DNA of 64,000 nucleotides from Octopus sinensis. Taxonomy: Eukaryota. The DNA is taken from NCBI RefSeq assembly GCF_006345805.1, contig NC_042999.1:98580001-98644000 (forward strand). Direction: 5' to 3'. Positions 1-14,479 of the stretch are shown here, piece by piece. Every line of letters starts with the position of its first letter. The stretch's first letter is position 1. The notes beneath the pieces are model-generated. The model ran no database searches. It saw nothing but the letters and a program-made list of their open reading frames with translations, and was not told the DNA's origin. The translations under genes and the position numbers were made by a program.

Positions 1-1256
1 CCCTTCCCACAAATTTCAGGCTTTGTGCCTATAGTAGAAAAGATTATTATTATTATTATCATCATCATCATCATTGATGTTGTTGTTGTGGTGGTGGTGG
101 ATTGGTAGTATCGTTAGAACGTCGGAAAAAAAATACATTACGGTATTTGTTCCAGTTCTTTACATTCTGTGTTCAAATCGCACTCAAATCAACTTGCTTC
201 CCATCTTTTTTTTTTTTCGTGGAGTCGATAGAAATAAAGGCCCATTCAAAGTACTGGGGTCGATGAAATCGATTAATTCTGCCCCTCAGAATAGCTTGTC
301 TTGTGTGCCTCATTCAGAAACCATTGTTATTATAAATAATAATGTTGCTGTTTTGGGGTTTTATTACACAGGCAGTAGAAAGAATAGTTAGAGCGAAGAC
401 AAAATGTCTTGAAATATTTAGTGATATTCCTTTACATTCTGGGTATATATCCCACCGGAGTCAACCATCTTTTATCTTTTGGGGAATAACGAAAACAAAT
501 AAATAAATAAACAAAGCGCTGGTCGTGTGCTAGGATCGATTTCACTGACTGTTTCTTCTCCATCTTCCCAACCATTCTAGTCTTGTTCCTATTTTAGAAG
601 TAATAATGGTAATTATTATTAATATTCGACGTCTAATGAAAGAAAAATCGTGTCTATCAAACCACTTAAGCACACCAATAATTATCCTATTACGAGTGCC
701 TATCTATGTAAGTGCGAGTGTGTGTGCCTGTATGCATACGTGCGTGCGTATGTGTGCGTGTGTGCGCGCGCACGCTTTTCATTCTGTGTTCAAGCTTGCA
801 ATTTAACTGTATACTTTTGTTTGTACTTTTAAGTGTGCACTCCTTCATCGGCAACAAGCGATGCTATGCATACTGCGCGCCCTATGCCTGCTTCTGCGTG
901 TGTGAGTGCGCGCGTGCTTAAAATATGTGGTGAGGAATAAGTCCCTCTTTGTGTGTCTGTGTGTCTGTTTGTCTTTCTCCTCTTCTCTTTCTCCCTTTCT
1001 TCTTCCCTCTCACTCTCACTCTCTCACTCTCCTTCTCTCTCTCCCTACTCATTCTTCATGCTATGTAAAATCGATACTTGACGGATTCGATTTATGATTC
1101 GATATTGCCCAAGGTCAGCAAGTAAACTAGAAAATTTGTTTTCGTTTACCTTTTGTTGCGCGTGCACATACTACACGCTCTCTCTCTCTCTCCCTACACA
1201 CACATATATATATATATACATACATACATACATACATACACATATATATAATACAA

Positions 1257-1309
<53 letters not shown>

Positions 1310-3266
1310 TGCGTGTGTACGTGTGTGTGTGTGTGTGTGTATATGTATGTATGAATATGAAGTGGGGCTTAATTGATTGATTCATATGAGTTTCTGTGTC
1401 ACTGATTAGAAGAAGCAACTTTAAGTCATGCATGATTTGGTTCGCTATCAGCCAATCTTCCTTCCCTTCTTCGCATTTCCTTCTTCCCTCCTTTCCCGAG
1501 TTCCTCACGTGAAGAAAGGTATTGTAGAAGGGTGAGTTAACCTACATGTTTCTTATCATACCTTACCTTACCGACAATGCAACTGTTGTTGCTGTTAGCT
1601 GCCTCCATAAATTCTTCAATCCATCTACTTCCGCATCTTGTGTTTTCGTTAGTATAATATTTAGTATTTTCATTCTTTTTTATGTTTTTTTTTGTATTAA
1701 TTTTAATAGCATATCTTTCCCCCCATCCACAGCTGATGAAATGTCAATCGATTTCTGTTGAAGAACTAAGACATCAGAACTAACATCGAAAAGATCTTCG
1801 AATATGTGCGTGAGTGTCTAGAGAGAAAGTGGTGATGGTGACAGTGGTGATAATAGTGGTGGATATGTTGAAGATTGGCAAGAAATGCTACGGTCTGTGT
1901 CTTTATTATGACTGACGTAGAATTTCTATGCAAGATATAAATGAAAAAATTGTTAGTGAGTTCGCAGAATCGTTAGCGCGTCCAAGAAAATGTTTAGCAG
2001 TATTTCTTCCGGCTTTTTATGTTCAAATTCCGCCGATGTCAACTTTACCTTTCATCCTGTCGAGGGTCAAGTAGCGTAGCTAGCGAGGCAGGGGTGATGG
2101 TTCGCCTTTGGTCATGCTTTTATGGGTGCCTCACATAGGGCTTAAAGAATGCCATGAAGCACTGTAACTACACTTCTGTAACTACACTTCTGTAACTACA
2201 CTTCTGCAGAGATCGATTAAATAAAGAACCAGTCAAGCACTAGAGTCGATGTAATTGACTAGATTCCTCTCCTTGAAAATGCTGGTCTTGTGCCAAAGTT
2301 TAAAACCATAATTACTATAATGAACGAATGATGAAGTAGTGGAAAGAAAACATAAGAGCTGCGTTATTTAGATACATCTCTTAGCGTTTGGAGTTCGATT
2401 CCTACCTGAATTAGTGTTATCCATCATCCTTACGAGAGGTTGAAACTTGTGATGATAAAATAAAATAGTACAAGTTGTATACTATGGTTTGTAAATCAAC
2501 CCTTCCTTCATCCTTAATCAGTGTTAAAGCGTCAGGCAAACGCCTTTTGATATTTGGTTTCAACAGTTTACGTCCTAAGTTCAAATCTTGTTGAAGCTCA
2601 CTTTATCATTTCGAGGTGTTTCGTTCTTGAGACCTTTCGTTCCCAACGCCTTTCTTTAAGTTTAAAGGAAAACGATAAGTTGAAGTAAAAGCATCAATAA
2701 AATATATTATTTCCCACCCACTGCTTAATATTTTGGTCCTTGTCCATAACTAAGACACCATTCTCTAATCAATGGCATAACCATTAACGGTGGACAAATA
2801 TTTTACGGTATTTAAGTCCTTTTTATATTCTGAAGTCTACTTCCGCTGACGTCAACTATGATATTCATCCTTGAAGGTTGTCATAAATCAGATAATGACA
2901 CCACATTAAGGGGACTACCTACCCTAGTTTAGCGTTGAACTGCCTGGTTTCTGGAATTTTATCTAGAGTAGAAAATCGTTATCATTATTGTTCTGGTTAA
3001 TGAATTTAAAAATCCGCCCTAACCTAGATCAAATATTTATTTCCGGTTTTCTTTAGTGTAACATGGATTAGTGCCAAATAATAGTTTCTGCAATATGTCA
3101 AGGGCGAATAGTGTCACAAGGAAATGGAACAAGGAAAGCGACAAAATAAATTGCCATTGTTGTTGATACAGACACCTTTCCACTCTCACACACATACATG
3201 CATACATATATATATAGCATATGTAAGCACGTATATACGCATATATGTATCTGTCAGTCTGTTTCC

Positions 3267-3493
<227 letters not shown>

Positions 3494-3957
3494 GTGACAA
3501 CAAAAGAATGAGACCTCGTTATAAGGTAAATAGAGGATTATTTATATATGTATAATTTAGGACAATCAATAAGTTGTCATTATAGTACTCGATGTTTCGA
3601 ATGTCGGCGCGAAGAGCTACGACGCATTCTCGTCGGCTATTAATGGCATCAGACCCTATGAAAAACCGTTGAATAAAAGGAAAGTTACTCTAATAGGTAG
3701 AAAGAAAGAAAAAGGATAAAAGGTTAAAAAAATACATGCAACCCTATTCTCACAATGCATAGACATAAAACTTCCTGTGTTCATAACGTCTACATGCGTA
3801 CACACTCACAAAACATTTATACGTACATGTACATACACTCACAAACATACACACACACATGTATATATATATGTGTGTGTCTGGGTGTGTCTGTGTGTGT
3901 GCAACTTCATATTCATATACACATAGGTGTCTGCATGCATACATATATATTTAGACA

Positions 3958-4187
3958 GGCGGCGAACTGGCAGAAACGTTAGCACGCCGGGCGAAATGCG
4001 AAGCCGTATTTCGTCTGCCGTTACGTTCTGAGTTCAAATTCCGCCGAGGTCGACTTTGCCTTTCATCCTTTCGGGGTCGATAAATTAAGTACCAGTTACG
4101 CACTGGGGTCGATGTAATCGACTAAATCCGTTTGTCTGTCCTTGTTTGTCCCCTCTGTGTTTAGCCCCTTGTGGGTAGTAAAGAAAT
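3958..4187 (+). mobile_element. SINE family A (aaggcggcgagctggcagaa...), full copy
   Basis: A/B-box-like head (GAGTTCAAATTCC); 17-bp TSD acatatatatttagaca at 3941-3957 and 4188-4204. Other copies: ~1953-2310 +, 4379-4580 -, 8904-9118 +, 12660-12860 -, 13750-13950 -, 24115-24310 +, 25490-25745 -, 54330-54480 -, 54620-54740 +, 62727-62926 -. Confidence 0.9.
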
Positions 4188-6029
4188 ACATATATATTTA
4201 GACACTTATACATATAAATATACGTGTGTGTGTGTGTGTGTATGTATATATATATATATATATATTGTCACATGTGGAGATGATCCAAAAAGCGCTGTCT
4301 TTCTAATATGGAAAGAGGGCTCATCTGGAAAAGTGCCTTGCACCCCGCTACATGTGTAATATATATATTTCATATTTCGGCACAAGGTCACCAATTTTGG
4401 AGGGAAGGATTAAGTCGATTAAATCGACTCTATCTCTGAAGTGGTACTTATTTTATCGACCCCGAAAGGATAAAAGGTAAAGTCGAACTCGGCGGAATTT
4501 GAACTCAGAACGTATAGACGGATGAAGTGCCGCTAAGCACTTTACCCAGTGTGCTAACGATTCTGTAAGCTCACTGCCCTGAATTCCAGACTAATATTGA
4601 AATTGTTCAGTGTAGGAAATCCAGGTCTCACAAGGATAAAACCCTTGTGTGGATTAAGCGAAGAGCAAAATAAAATCCAAATAAGAACACAAAGAAAGAT
4701 TTTGACACATCCTTAATGTTCAGTTACAATTGTTTCTGTACCAATACACACCAAAGCGCCAAGTGAAAATTTACGTAATATTTGTAGTTTTAAATATTGG
4801 AATGGCACTTTCTCGGACCAGTATCAAAGATGCGCTCTTATATTGTAAGATTAATTTGCAATACAAGAATGAAACTCTGATACTGTAAATATTGTGAATT
4901 TCATACCACAACACACAACAGTGCTTCTAAATTCTCCTTCTATACTCAACTTGTGCCATATGTATCTACGAAGTTGCCCATTGCCAACAATTTCGAGGAA
5001 ACTCTAACCCAACATGTTACCGGTCCCGACAGTGTTTTGACTTTACTCCCAAAAATATACCCCAGGGCTAAATTTTATCTCAAATAAACTCTTCAGTATT
5101 TTTTTTTCAAAAATTTATTCCGATCTATGGCACATGCTACAGTGTGCCATTTACAAAACGACAATCCTTTTGATCTGGTCACATTACTCACATCACTAAA
5201 ATCATATCAAATCTGTTGTAAACAACCATATCTTCTTAATTTTGACTTAATTTCCTTTCTTGCGGAGTATCGTTATGCTCTCCGTGAAGCAGATTCTAAC
5301 AGAAGAGTGATTCTCAATCGTTTTGATCTTTGCTGCCCACTGAAGAGCAGATAGAACATCACTAACGCATTTCATATAGAAATTAAAAAAAAAAAGAAAG
5401 CTAATTTAAAGATAAATATTTTTGAAAATATAGGAAACTATTGCTTACTATGTTTCATTCCCCATACTTCCGTATAACAAAAGTTTGAATAACTCGCTTT
5501 CAAGATGTCTACACCGTTAAGTATGGACTTTTGAAAACCATAAGTTATATTTTTTAACATCAACGGTGCACATTAATACTTCAGTATGGTGCACTATGGT
5601 ATCGTGAGATGTATTGTTAAGAACAACATTAGTAGTGACTCTCAGTCGTCACATTCCAGCTGTCAATATGTTTTGAGAAGTACTGTTGTTGCACTTGCTA
5701 TCAACAGAACCTGAAACTATATCTTGATGAGAATGTTTTAGCCAAGTTGCTCGCCCATGTAAACCATCTGTTTATCATCTCTTGAATTGCAAATTTCCTG
5801 TTAGATGACTTCATTGCAGCGACCCATACTCTATCAACACTGGTGTACCCAAACTTTGTTGTGTTTCACTCATTAATAACCTGCTTTTTTATTATTGCAA
5901 ACCACAAACTCTTAAAATACATGATACCATCCTTCACATTCGCTTCCTTAATTTCTCACACTATGTCACACATACGAACTCAGAAACGCACGCGCACGGG
6001 CTTACGCACACACGCACACACACACACAC

Positions 6030-6072
<43 letters not shown>

Positions 6073-6465
6073 CACGCACACATATATACACACAACATAG
6101 ACGACAATGGGGAAACATGTAATGCTTCCGTACAAGAGATACCTTCACCAGGACATCCATATCAGAGTGACGCTGAAGAAAGATGATGAACATAAAATCA
6201 CATCGTACTGTCTTAAAAAAGGAAGTGCAACTCGACCAATATATTTCTAGGTATACAGCGTGGACGAAAACCACACCTCGAGCAAAAGGGCAAAAAGCTC
6301 GCTCGATCTCCGTTTTCAGTACAGGATCATCATGGCTGCAACGATTTTTATCATCACTCCGTTTATTCAGAATCCTTAAGGGGTAGATAAGATACCAGTC
6401 ATGGCTGGGGTTTGATTCTTTTCCCTCTGTACGCTCCCTCTGTCCCTCTGTCTGTCTGTCTGCCC

Positions 6466-6500
<35 letters not shown>

Positions 6501-7539
6501 GAATCAGCTACGATACATTTTGAGAACTTTCTTTAATGACCCGTTTCAGCAAAATGACCTTTTTGCTATCAATCCTGCCTTCTTCTCTTAGAAGAACAGA
6601 AATTAATCACCCTCGAAAATGGTCCAGCGCGCAGTGCAGTACAGAAAAGGAAATACAGAAGCAGAGTATACATACAGGAAATTTAAAGAGAAATCCAAAT
6701 AAAGGAAGCACAAAAAATAAATGGAAAAAGTGAACTTTGCGCATATATGTATGTGTCTTAAAAAGAATGGTAAGGACTATACAGCAAAGAAAAAGTAGTG
6801 AAAGGTAGATTCTCATTAGAATTAGTGAAAGAAGAGAAGATAAAGGAGTAAGAAGAGAAGTGTAGAAGTGGTTGCTGTTGTTGGTGGTGGTGGTCGTGGG
6901 GAATAATTGACAGTTGATGATGTTAGTGGTGGGCGTAAAAACCTAAACAGCTAATGCACTTATAGGGTGGTATGGTTCATTTTCTGCAGAAATAGCATGA
7001 TTGAGTAATTAAATGCACATACACACACTCACACACACACACGCCTACATACATACATACAATCATGCGCGAGCACACACATAATGGACTCAATAGAACT
7101 GATCCATTGAGTGGAAAAGAAAACACGATAAAATATGAAAAAATTGCTACTCTTCAAATAAGTAATTTTTTTTAATGTTTCTTTTTTCCCGTTTTATGTT
7201 TTATTTGAGTAGATTCATTTGTGTGTGTGTGTGTATGTGTCTGTCTGTCTGACTGTCTCTGTCCCACTTCGTTTTTTCTTCTCTCTCTTTCTATACAAAT
7301 GCAATGAAGTAAGTTTATAAACGGCAGGGGAAACTAACGAAAATCTGCCAATAATCATTGTGATTGTTTCACAGAACAGAATGTTTAAAAGAGATCACAC
7401 ACACACACACACACACATATGCGTATACGCGCGTGTGTGTGTGTGTGTGTGGTGTGTGTGTATATGCAAATATAAAAAAGCATCAACATTGATTTTTAGA
7501 CTGAACTTAACTCTACTGCTTCCGATACATCTTAATTAA

Positions 7540-7588
7540 AAATAATAATAATAACAAGAAGAAGAAGAAGAAGAACAACAACAACAAC

Positions 7589-7625
<37 letters not shown>

Positions 7626-7830
7626 TAATAATAATAATAATAGTGATTTCATTTATTTGCCACAAGGGCGAAGGATGAAGGGGACAATACAAAGACAGAC
7701 ATAAAGTGTTGGGGTTTACATATAATGAAATGATAAAAAGAAAAGAAAGTATACACGGTATACACTGAAGGGACATATGCATAAGATACAAAGGTTGAAA
7801 AAAAATAGCAGCAGCAGCAGTAGTAGTAGC

Positions 7831-7870
<40 letters not shown>
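7540..7870. repeat. Trinucleotide microsatellite cluster (AAG)n(AAC)n(AAT)n and (CAG)n(TAG)n
   Basis: Directly visible. Confidence 0.95.
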
Positions 7871-10199
7871 AAAACTCATGAAACACCGAAGCAGAAATTA
7901 AAAGCCATTTACCTGTACTTAGCAACGATTTGTTACATATAAATGGATATTATAATGAATTTTGTTTGTGAGTTTTTTGTATAAAGAAGCAATTTAATTA
8001 ACTCATGTATGTATGTATGCATGCATGTTTGTATGTATGTGTGTGTAATACATTGTATTTCGTTTAAAGTTGTGTGTTCCTATTTGACTCCATACTTACC
8101 AATCTATGAAAGATGAAAAAAGTTTTAAGCCTATCTCTAGCGTAATGCATCAATGAACTACATAGTCTATCTACTTTCAAACTTTACAAAGCAATTTTTT
8201 ACTACCGTTAATGTTAATTGCATATATCTTTGCCAGACAAAATCTACTTTTTCTGAGAAATCTCTTTTCATATTTGTTTATATTAGCTAATATAGTCGCA
8301 AGCGCGAGTCTGTATGGTTACGAAGTTCATTTCAAAACCATGTAACTCCATGTTCAGTTCCACTTCACCGACACCTTGGGTGAAATTTTTCGATCGTCAC
8401 GTTAGTCAAACTAAACCATAAGAACGAAAGTAGATGGGCAGAAACTGCGGACATATGTAAGATTGAGTTTACCTGTTTCCGAGTGGAAGACTGAATTAAT
8501 CTTCTCGTTTAACAGTACCAACTTGGAATCCTTTCGTGTGCTGGATAATAGTAAGTTTATTGCATAAAGTGCTCAGGTGCACTGCAGCTTATCGAAAATT
8601 GGTAAAAAAAAAAGTGGGGTGACAGAAAGCACCACTAATTTATGTGAGAAAAGAGATCAATGAAAGCTAAAAGTACGTGCACAGTGCACAGGATAAAGCA
8701 CCAAAAGGCAGAAAAACGAACAGTAAAAGAGCAACTAGGTGTACATTCTGATAATGCCAAGATCATTCTTTCGTTTTCATACCAGCCTTTTGAACTCTGG
8801 AAATAGGTCAACTGTAGCCCCACCCGTTTCTAAAAATGTTATAATAAAATTTCTGTGATATGCCCTACAACTGTAATGTCCATTAATATTTCAGGTATGC
8901 TGTAAGGCGGTGAGCTAGTAGAATCGTTAGCACGCCCGGCAAAATGTTCAGCGGCATTTCGTCCATCTTTATGTCTTGAGTTTAAATTCCGTCGAGGTCG
9001 ACTTACCCTTTCATCCTTCGGGATCGATAAAATAAGTACCAGTTGAGTACTGGGGTCGATGTAAACGACTTATCCCCTTACCCAAAATTACCAGCTTTGT
9101 GCCAAAATTTGAAATCAATAGTTCAGATATGCTGATGTTTCTGTTATTCTTATTGCTGGTAGCTTCGAAAATTGAAAATTTCGATGACGGAAAAGTAAAA
9201 AGTATGGTTTATTCATTAATTTTCAGAAATCTGAATCAATGATTATTTCAGAATCGTATCAAAATAATCCTCCAATAATTGATAATCAAACTGTCAAAAT
9301 GGTGAATGACGTTTGCAACATTGAAAGTATTATTACAAAACAATGACAGCGTAAACATAATTAGAGTTGTATTAACAAATCTTACTGTTATTTCTTTAAA
9401 CCGTATTTATATTAATCAATCAGTAAAGAGACAAATTTAAATTTGACATTCCAACAGTAAGGTATGGATCGGACTTGAAAAATGTTTAAGAAAAGAAACC
9501 GTTTCCATGTTTTGTATTGTAGAAGATTGTTAAGAATTAGTTTAATAGAGAAAATGAAAACGGAAAATCAGAATAGACGTGAGAGGAGCCTTGTAAAAAG
9601 AGTTGGGCAAACAAGAACACTGATATTTTGAGCGTATCATAAAGGCAGATGGTCTACATAGTGTTAAGTGTTAAGTGAAATTTGGCAATCGAGGATCGGA
9701 TCCACTGTATGCCTTCATAAAGCCACTACAAATACGCTGTGGAATAAAAAATTTATCTACTGTCATCGAAAAAGTGTAACTGTAAAAATATGTATGTATA
9801 GAAATGTATGAATGAAGTCTTTAAGGTTTAAGATTCAAAATATTAGTAATATGTAGTAGATAGAAAAATCCATTGGAGGGACCCTATTATCGATATTTTT
9901 CAACAATCTAAGTACGTCACGAGGTTTTCAGGCATGAGTTCTACTCCCGCGTGAAATAAAGTATAAAAGTGATATTATCTGCAAAAATTAGAAATTGGGC
10001 ATACAAAAATTCAATATTTAAAGTAATCGAACATAAACAATAAAATTGCTATACATAAAATGCAAAATATCTTTTTTTTTTTGTAAATTAGGTAGGCATA
10101 ATTCATCCCTGCCTTTCAATTTCAGTATTAAAACTACGTATAGTACTGCTGTAGTACACGTGCTGTGTATATTCCCGCAACAACGTTTTCTTTACGCGC

Positions 10200-10336
10200 T
10201 ATAAAGGAAGAAGTAATTCTATCTACAACTCAGCGCGCGCCTGTGTTTCGCTTTGTTTTTGCTTGGTTGAAATGGATTATTTCCCTTGAGTGTTTTTAAA
10301 AAATGCCGTGCAGGTGTTTAAAATTAGCTATATGAG
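10200..10336 (+). promoter_or_regulatory. Candidate TATA promoter and non-coding first exon for the GPCR gene
   Basis: TATAAA at 10200; Inr-like tcagc ~30 nt downstream; CpG-containing unique sequence; possible donor gag|gtagat at 10337. Speculative. Confidence 0.2.
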
Positions 10337-10399
10337 GTAGATATCAAGGTCTCTTCCAGGGGTCGAATTATCGATATTTTCAGCAATCTAAGTATGTCA

Positions 10400-10511
10400 T
10401 GAGGTTTCCAGACATGTCTTCTACTAACGTGTCAAGTTTCATCAAAATCAATAAAAGGATGTAGGAGGAGTTAGCAAACAAAGACACACCAATTTTCCAC
10501 ATGTAGTAGAT
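10400..10511 (+). mobile_element. Possible Helitron/Helentron-like 3' end relic
   Basis: 'aagtttcatcaaaatc...acacaccaattttccacatgtagtagat' resembles Lep1/HINE-type ends; a related segment lies at ~9850-9950. Recall only. Confidence 0.25.
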
Positions 10512-10518
10512 ATATATA

Positions 10519-10689
10519 GACGCAGGAGTGGCTGTGTGGTAAGTTGTTTGCTTCCCAACCACATGGTTCCAGGTTCAGTCCCACTGCGTGACACCTTGTG
10601 CAAGTGTCTGCTACTATAGCCTCGGGCCGACCAAAGCCTTGTGAGTGGATTTGGTAGACAGAAACTGAAAGAAGACCATCGTATATATG

Positions 10690-10760
<71 letters not shown>

Positions 10761-10970
10761 TGTGTTTGTATGTCTGTGTTCGTCACTCCCCATCATCGCC
10801 TGACAACCGATGCTGGTGTGTTTGAGTCCTCGTAACTTGGCGGTCCGGCAAAAGAGAGCGATAGAATAAGTACTAGGTTTACAAAGAATAAGTCCAAGAG
10901 TCGATTTGTTCGACTAAAGGCGGTGCTCCAGCATGGCCGCAGTCAAGTGACTGAAACAAATAAAAGAATA
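10519..10970 (+). mobile_element. SINE family B (ggcgcaggagtggctgtgtggtaag...), tRNA head + CORE-like block + internal (TA)n(TG)n + 3' tail
   Basis: tRNA-like head with GGTTCAGTCCC; CORE-like 'accttgggcaagtgtct'; tail '...gcatggccgcagtcaaatgactgaaacaagtaaaaga'. Other copies: 12907-13069, 14002-14320, 17560-17965 (-), 26353-26710, 27356-27746. Confidence 0.88.
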
Positions 10971-12049
10971 GAAGATAGACTTTTAAGACAAAACCGAATT
11001 CCTTGTTCAAAGATGATAGCAGTTAACATAAACAACGGCGAAATTTTCCTTTGAATGAAGTTTGAGACCAGACAGAAGAAGTGATCCAATTTTACATTGA
11101 CCTTTCATAGACTGGTGGGTGTCTAGTTAAAGAGAAATATAAAACTTTTAAAACAATGTATAACATTATGTACACATATAAACACAATTGAATATATATA
11201 TACTTAGTATGGCTTTCATCTAATAACAGTGATAACTAATAATATTTAACATTTATATTTCTTTTTATCTATATCGGAAATAAAGTGAAACAAACAAAGG
11301 TCAGCTTCCGTTGTAGCTGTAATAATATGAAGGGACCTTAATGTGGTTGGTAGAAATAGCAACCAAATTTGTCTCCTCGTCATAAAAAAAAAAGGGAAAA
11401 GATATATTTGATAATGTGATTGATACATTGTCTGCACGAAAAAGAAAATGTGGTCCCACCTGGAATAACTTATCAAATAGGCTCACTTGGGTCTCAACAA
11501 TAACAAAAACAATAGCATAAACAACTGCAGTAAATCAACTATTCCAACACTTTAGTATCTGTGACAATATCCATCAACAATGCTTGAAACAGCAGTCAAA
11601 TCTCTCGTATCTCACAACTCTTTCATCTTCATTAAAAATGAGAAAGATATATAGGATGCGGTGCTAAACACTCTGTGTCTCAACAGAAAGAAATATCATG
11701 GTCACAACTGGATTGGCTTTGATCGCAGGACTGCTCAGTTAGGACTTAGATCTCACCTGGGTCTAAACAACAACAGCAACTAGCTCCCCTTGTGCTACCA
11801 CCAACATACATCTTGCGGTAGGAGGATTATTTGGCATACTATAACATTATTTGGCACACTGACTTACTATTGTGTTATTTTCCTTTTAATCTGATATAGT
11901 TTATGATTTTCTTACCGGTCCCCAGAGATACATTGTTTGTCTGCTATATACGGAATGGAGCTGAATGTTTCTGGCCCCTAGAGACAGACATTTGCATTTT
12001 AAGATAATGATATATAATATGTGCGTGTCTAATATGTGTATTACTACAT

Positions 12050-12067
12050 ATGTGTGTGTGTGTGTCT

Positions 12068-12144
<77 letters not shown>

Positions 12145-12328
12145 CATATGTTTTTATGCATGCATATTATGTACGTGTGCGTATGAGCGCATGTCTGCAT
12201 GTTCTTTATGTACGGATAGAATGATATATATATATATATTTATATATTATATAATGTACGCATATATAACCATAAATACATACACACGTATATATACATA
12301 CATATACGTGCATATATATGCGCATATA

Positions 12329-12386
<58 letters not shown>

Positions 12387-12427
12387 TACATATACATACA
12401 TACCCCCACACACACGTATATATATAT

Positions 12428-12489
<62 letters not shown>

Positions 12490-13405
12490 TGTATGTATTA
12501 TTAAGCTAATAATGTTTTAAAGTACTCTCAGACTTGTTTCGTGTGTAAACTACTTTGAAATTCTTTGGATATTGCTTACACCTCAAGCTCTAGGATCCTG
12601 CATAATTCTTAAATTATTTCTATTTCCAAATTAATGCATATGTAATATTTTCTAATTTGAGTATAAGACCAGCGATTTTGAGAGGAAGTGACAAGTCGAT
12701 TACATCATTCCCAGTATTTGACTGATACCATATTATATCGATCCCGAAACTATGAAGGGCAAAGTTATCTTCGACGGATCATGAACTCAGAACATAAAGG
12801 GTCGGATGAAATGGTGCTGAGCATTTTGTCCGATATGCTAACGATTTTGCCAGCTCGCCAATATAAAATAAAGAAAAAAAAAAGAAAAAGAAAAAATGTT
12901 ATGTAGAGGCGCAGGAGTGGCTGTGTGGTAAGTAGCTTGCTTACCAACCACATGGTTCCGGGTTCATTCCCACTGTGTGGAACCTTGGGCAAGTGTCTTC
13001 TACTATAGCCTCGGGCCGACCAAAGCCTTGTGAGTGGATTTGGTAGACGGAAACTGAAAGAAGCCTATCATATATATATATATATATATATAATATATAT
13101 ATATACGCGATATATGTGTGTGTGTGTGTGTCTGAGTGTGTGTGTGTGTGTGTGTGTGTTGTGTGTGTGTGTGGTGTGTGTGTGTGTGGTGTGTGTGTGT
13201 GTGTGTGTGTATACATATGTTTTTATGCATGCATATTATGTACGTGTGCGTATGAGCGCATGTCTGCATGTTCTTTATGTACGGATAGAATGATATATAT
13301 ATATATATTATATATTATATATTATATAATGTACGCATATATAACCATAAATACATACACACGTATATATACATACATATATACGTGCATATATATGCGC
13401 ATATA

Positions 13406-13459
<54 letters not shown>

Positions 13460-13502
13460 TATACATATACATACATACCCCCACACACACGTATATATAT
13501 AT

Positions 13503-13587
<85 letters not shown>

Positions 13588-14161
13588 TATTAAGCTAATA
13601 ATGTTTTAAAGTACTCTCAGACTTGTTTCGTGTGTAAACTACTTTGAAATTCTTTGGATATTGCTTACACCTCAAGCTCTAGGATCCTGCATAATTCTTA
13701 AATTATTTCTATTTCCAAATTAATGCATATGTAATATTTTCTAATTTGAGTATAAGACCAGCGATTTTGAGAGGAAGTGACAAGTCGATTACATCATTCC
13801 CAGTATTTGACTGATACCATATTATATCGATCCCGAAACTATGAAGGGCAAAGTTATCTTCGACGGATCATGAACTCAGAACATAAAGGGTCGGATGAAA
13901 TGGTGCTGAGCATTTTGTCCGATATGCTAACGATTTTGCCAGCTCGCCAATATAAAATAAAGAAAAAAAAAAAAAAAAGAAAAAAAAAAAATGTTATGTA
14001 GAGGCGCAGGAGTGGCTGTGTGGTAAGTAGCTTGCTTACCAACCACATGGTTCCGGGTTCATTCCCACTGTGTGGAACCTTGGGCAAGTGTCTTCTACTA
14101 TAGCCTCGGGCCGACCAAAGCCTTGTGAGTGGATTTGGTAGACGGAAACTGAAAGAAGCCT

Positions 14162-14208
<47 letters not shown>

Positions 14209-14225
14209 GCGATATATGTGTGTGT
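12050..14225. repeat. Tandem duplication, ~1089 bp unit, bounded by (TG)n tracts
   Basis: Non-repetitive parts are near-identical (ORF track 12688 vs 13777 gives the same peptide apart from a poly-A length difference); the junction lies inside a (TG)n at ~13115-13135. Confidence 0.9.
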
Positions 14226-14479
14226 GTGTGTGTGTGCGTTTGTATTTCTGTGTTTGTCCCCCCAACATCGCTTGATCGCAGTCAAATGACTGAAACGTGT
14301 AAAAGAGTAAATGAGTAAAAGAGATTGCTAGAAAAAAATACGGTTAACTAGCACAAATTACCAGAAGCTTACGTTTTCGCTTTTACAAATACACTTAGAC
14401 ACATAATAATTATTGTTTATTTCAGTCAAGTTTCCTCCAGCTGTCACAATAATATTATTTCATTTTTTGTTATTGCAGC

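Noticed and set aside
1565-1675. Minus-strand ATG...TCG|gtaagg as first exon of a neighbouring gene
   Set aside because: Two frames are equally plausible, with no homology and no downstream exon found in 1-1560.
10519-10585. tRNA-like sequences as tRNA genes
   Set aside because: They are SINE heads followed by SINE bodies; no complete cloverleaf.
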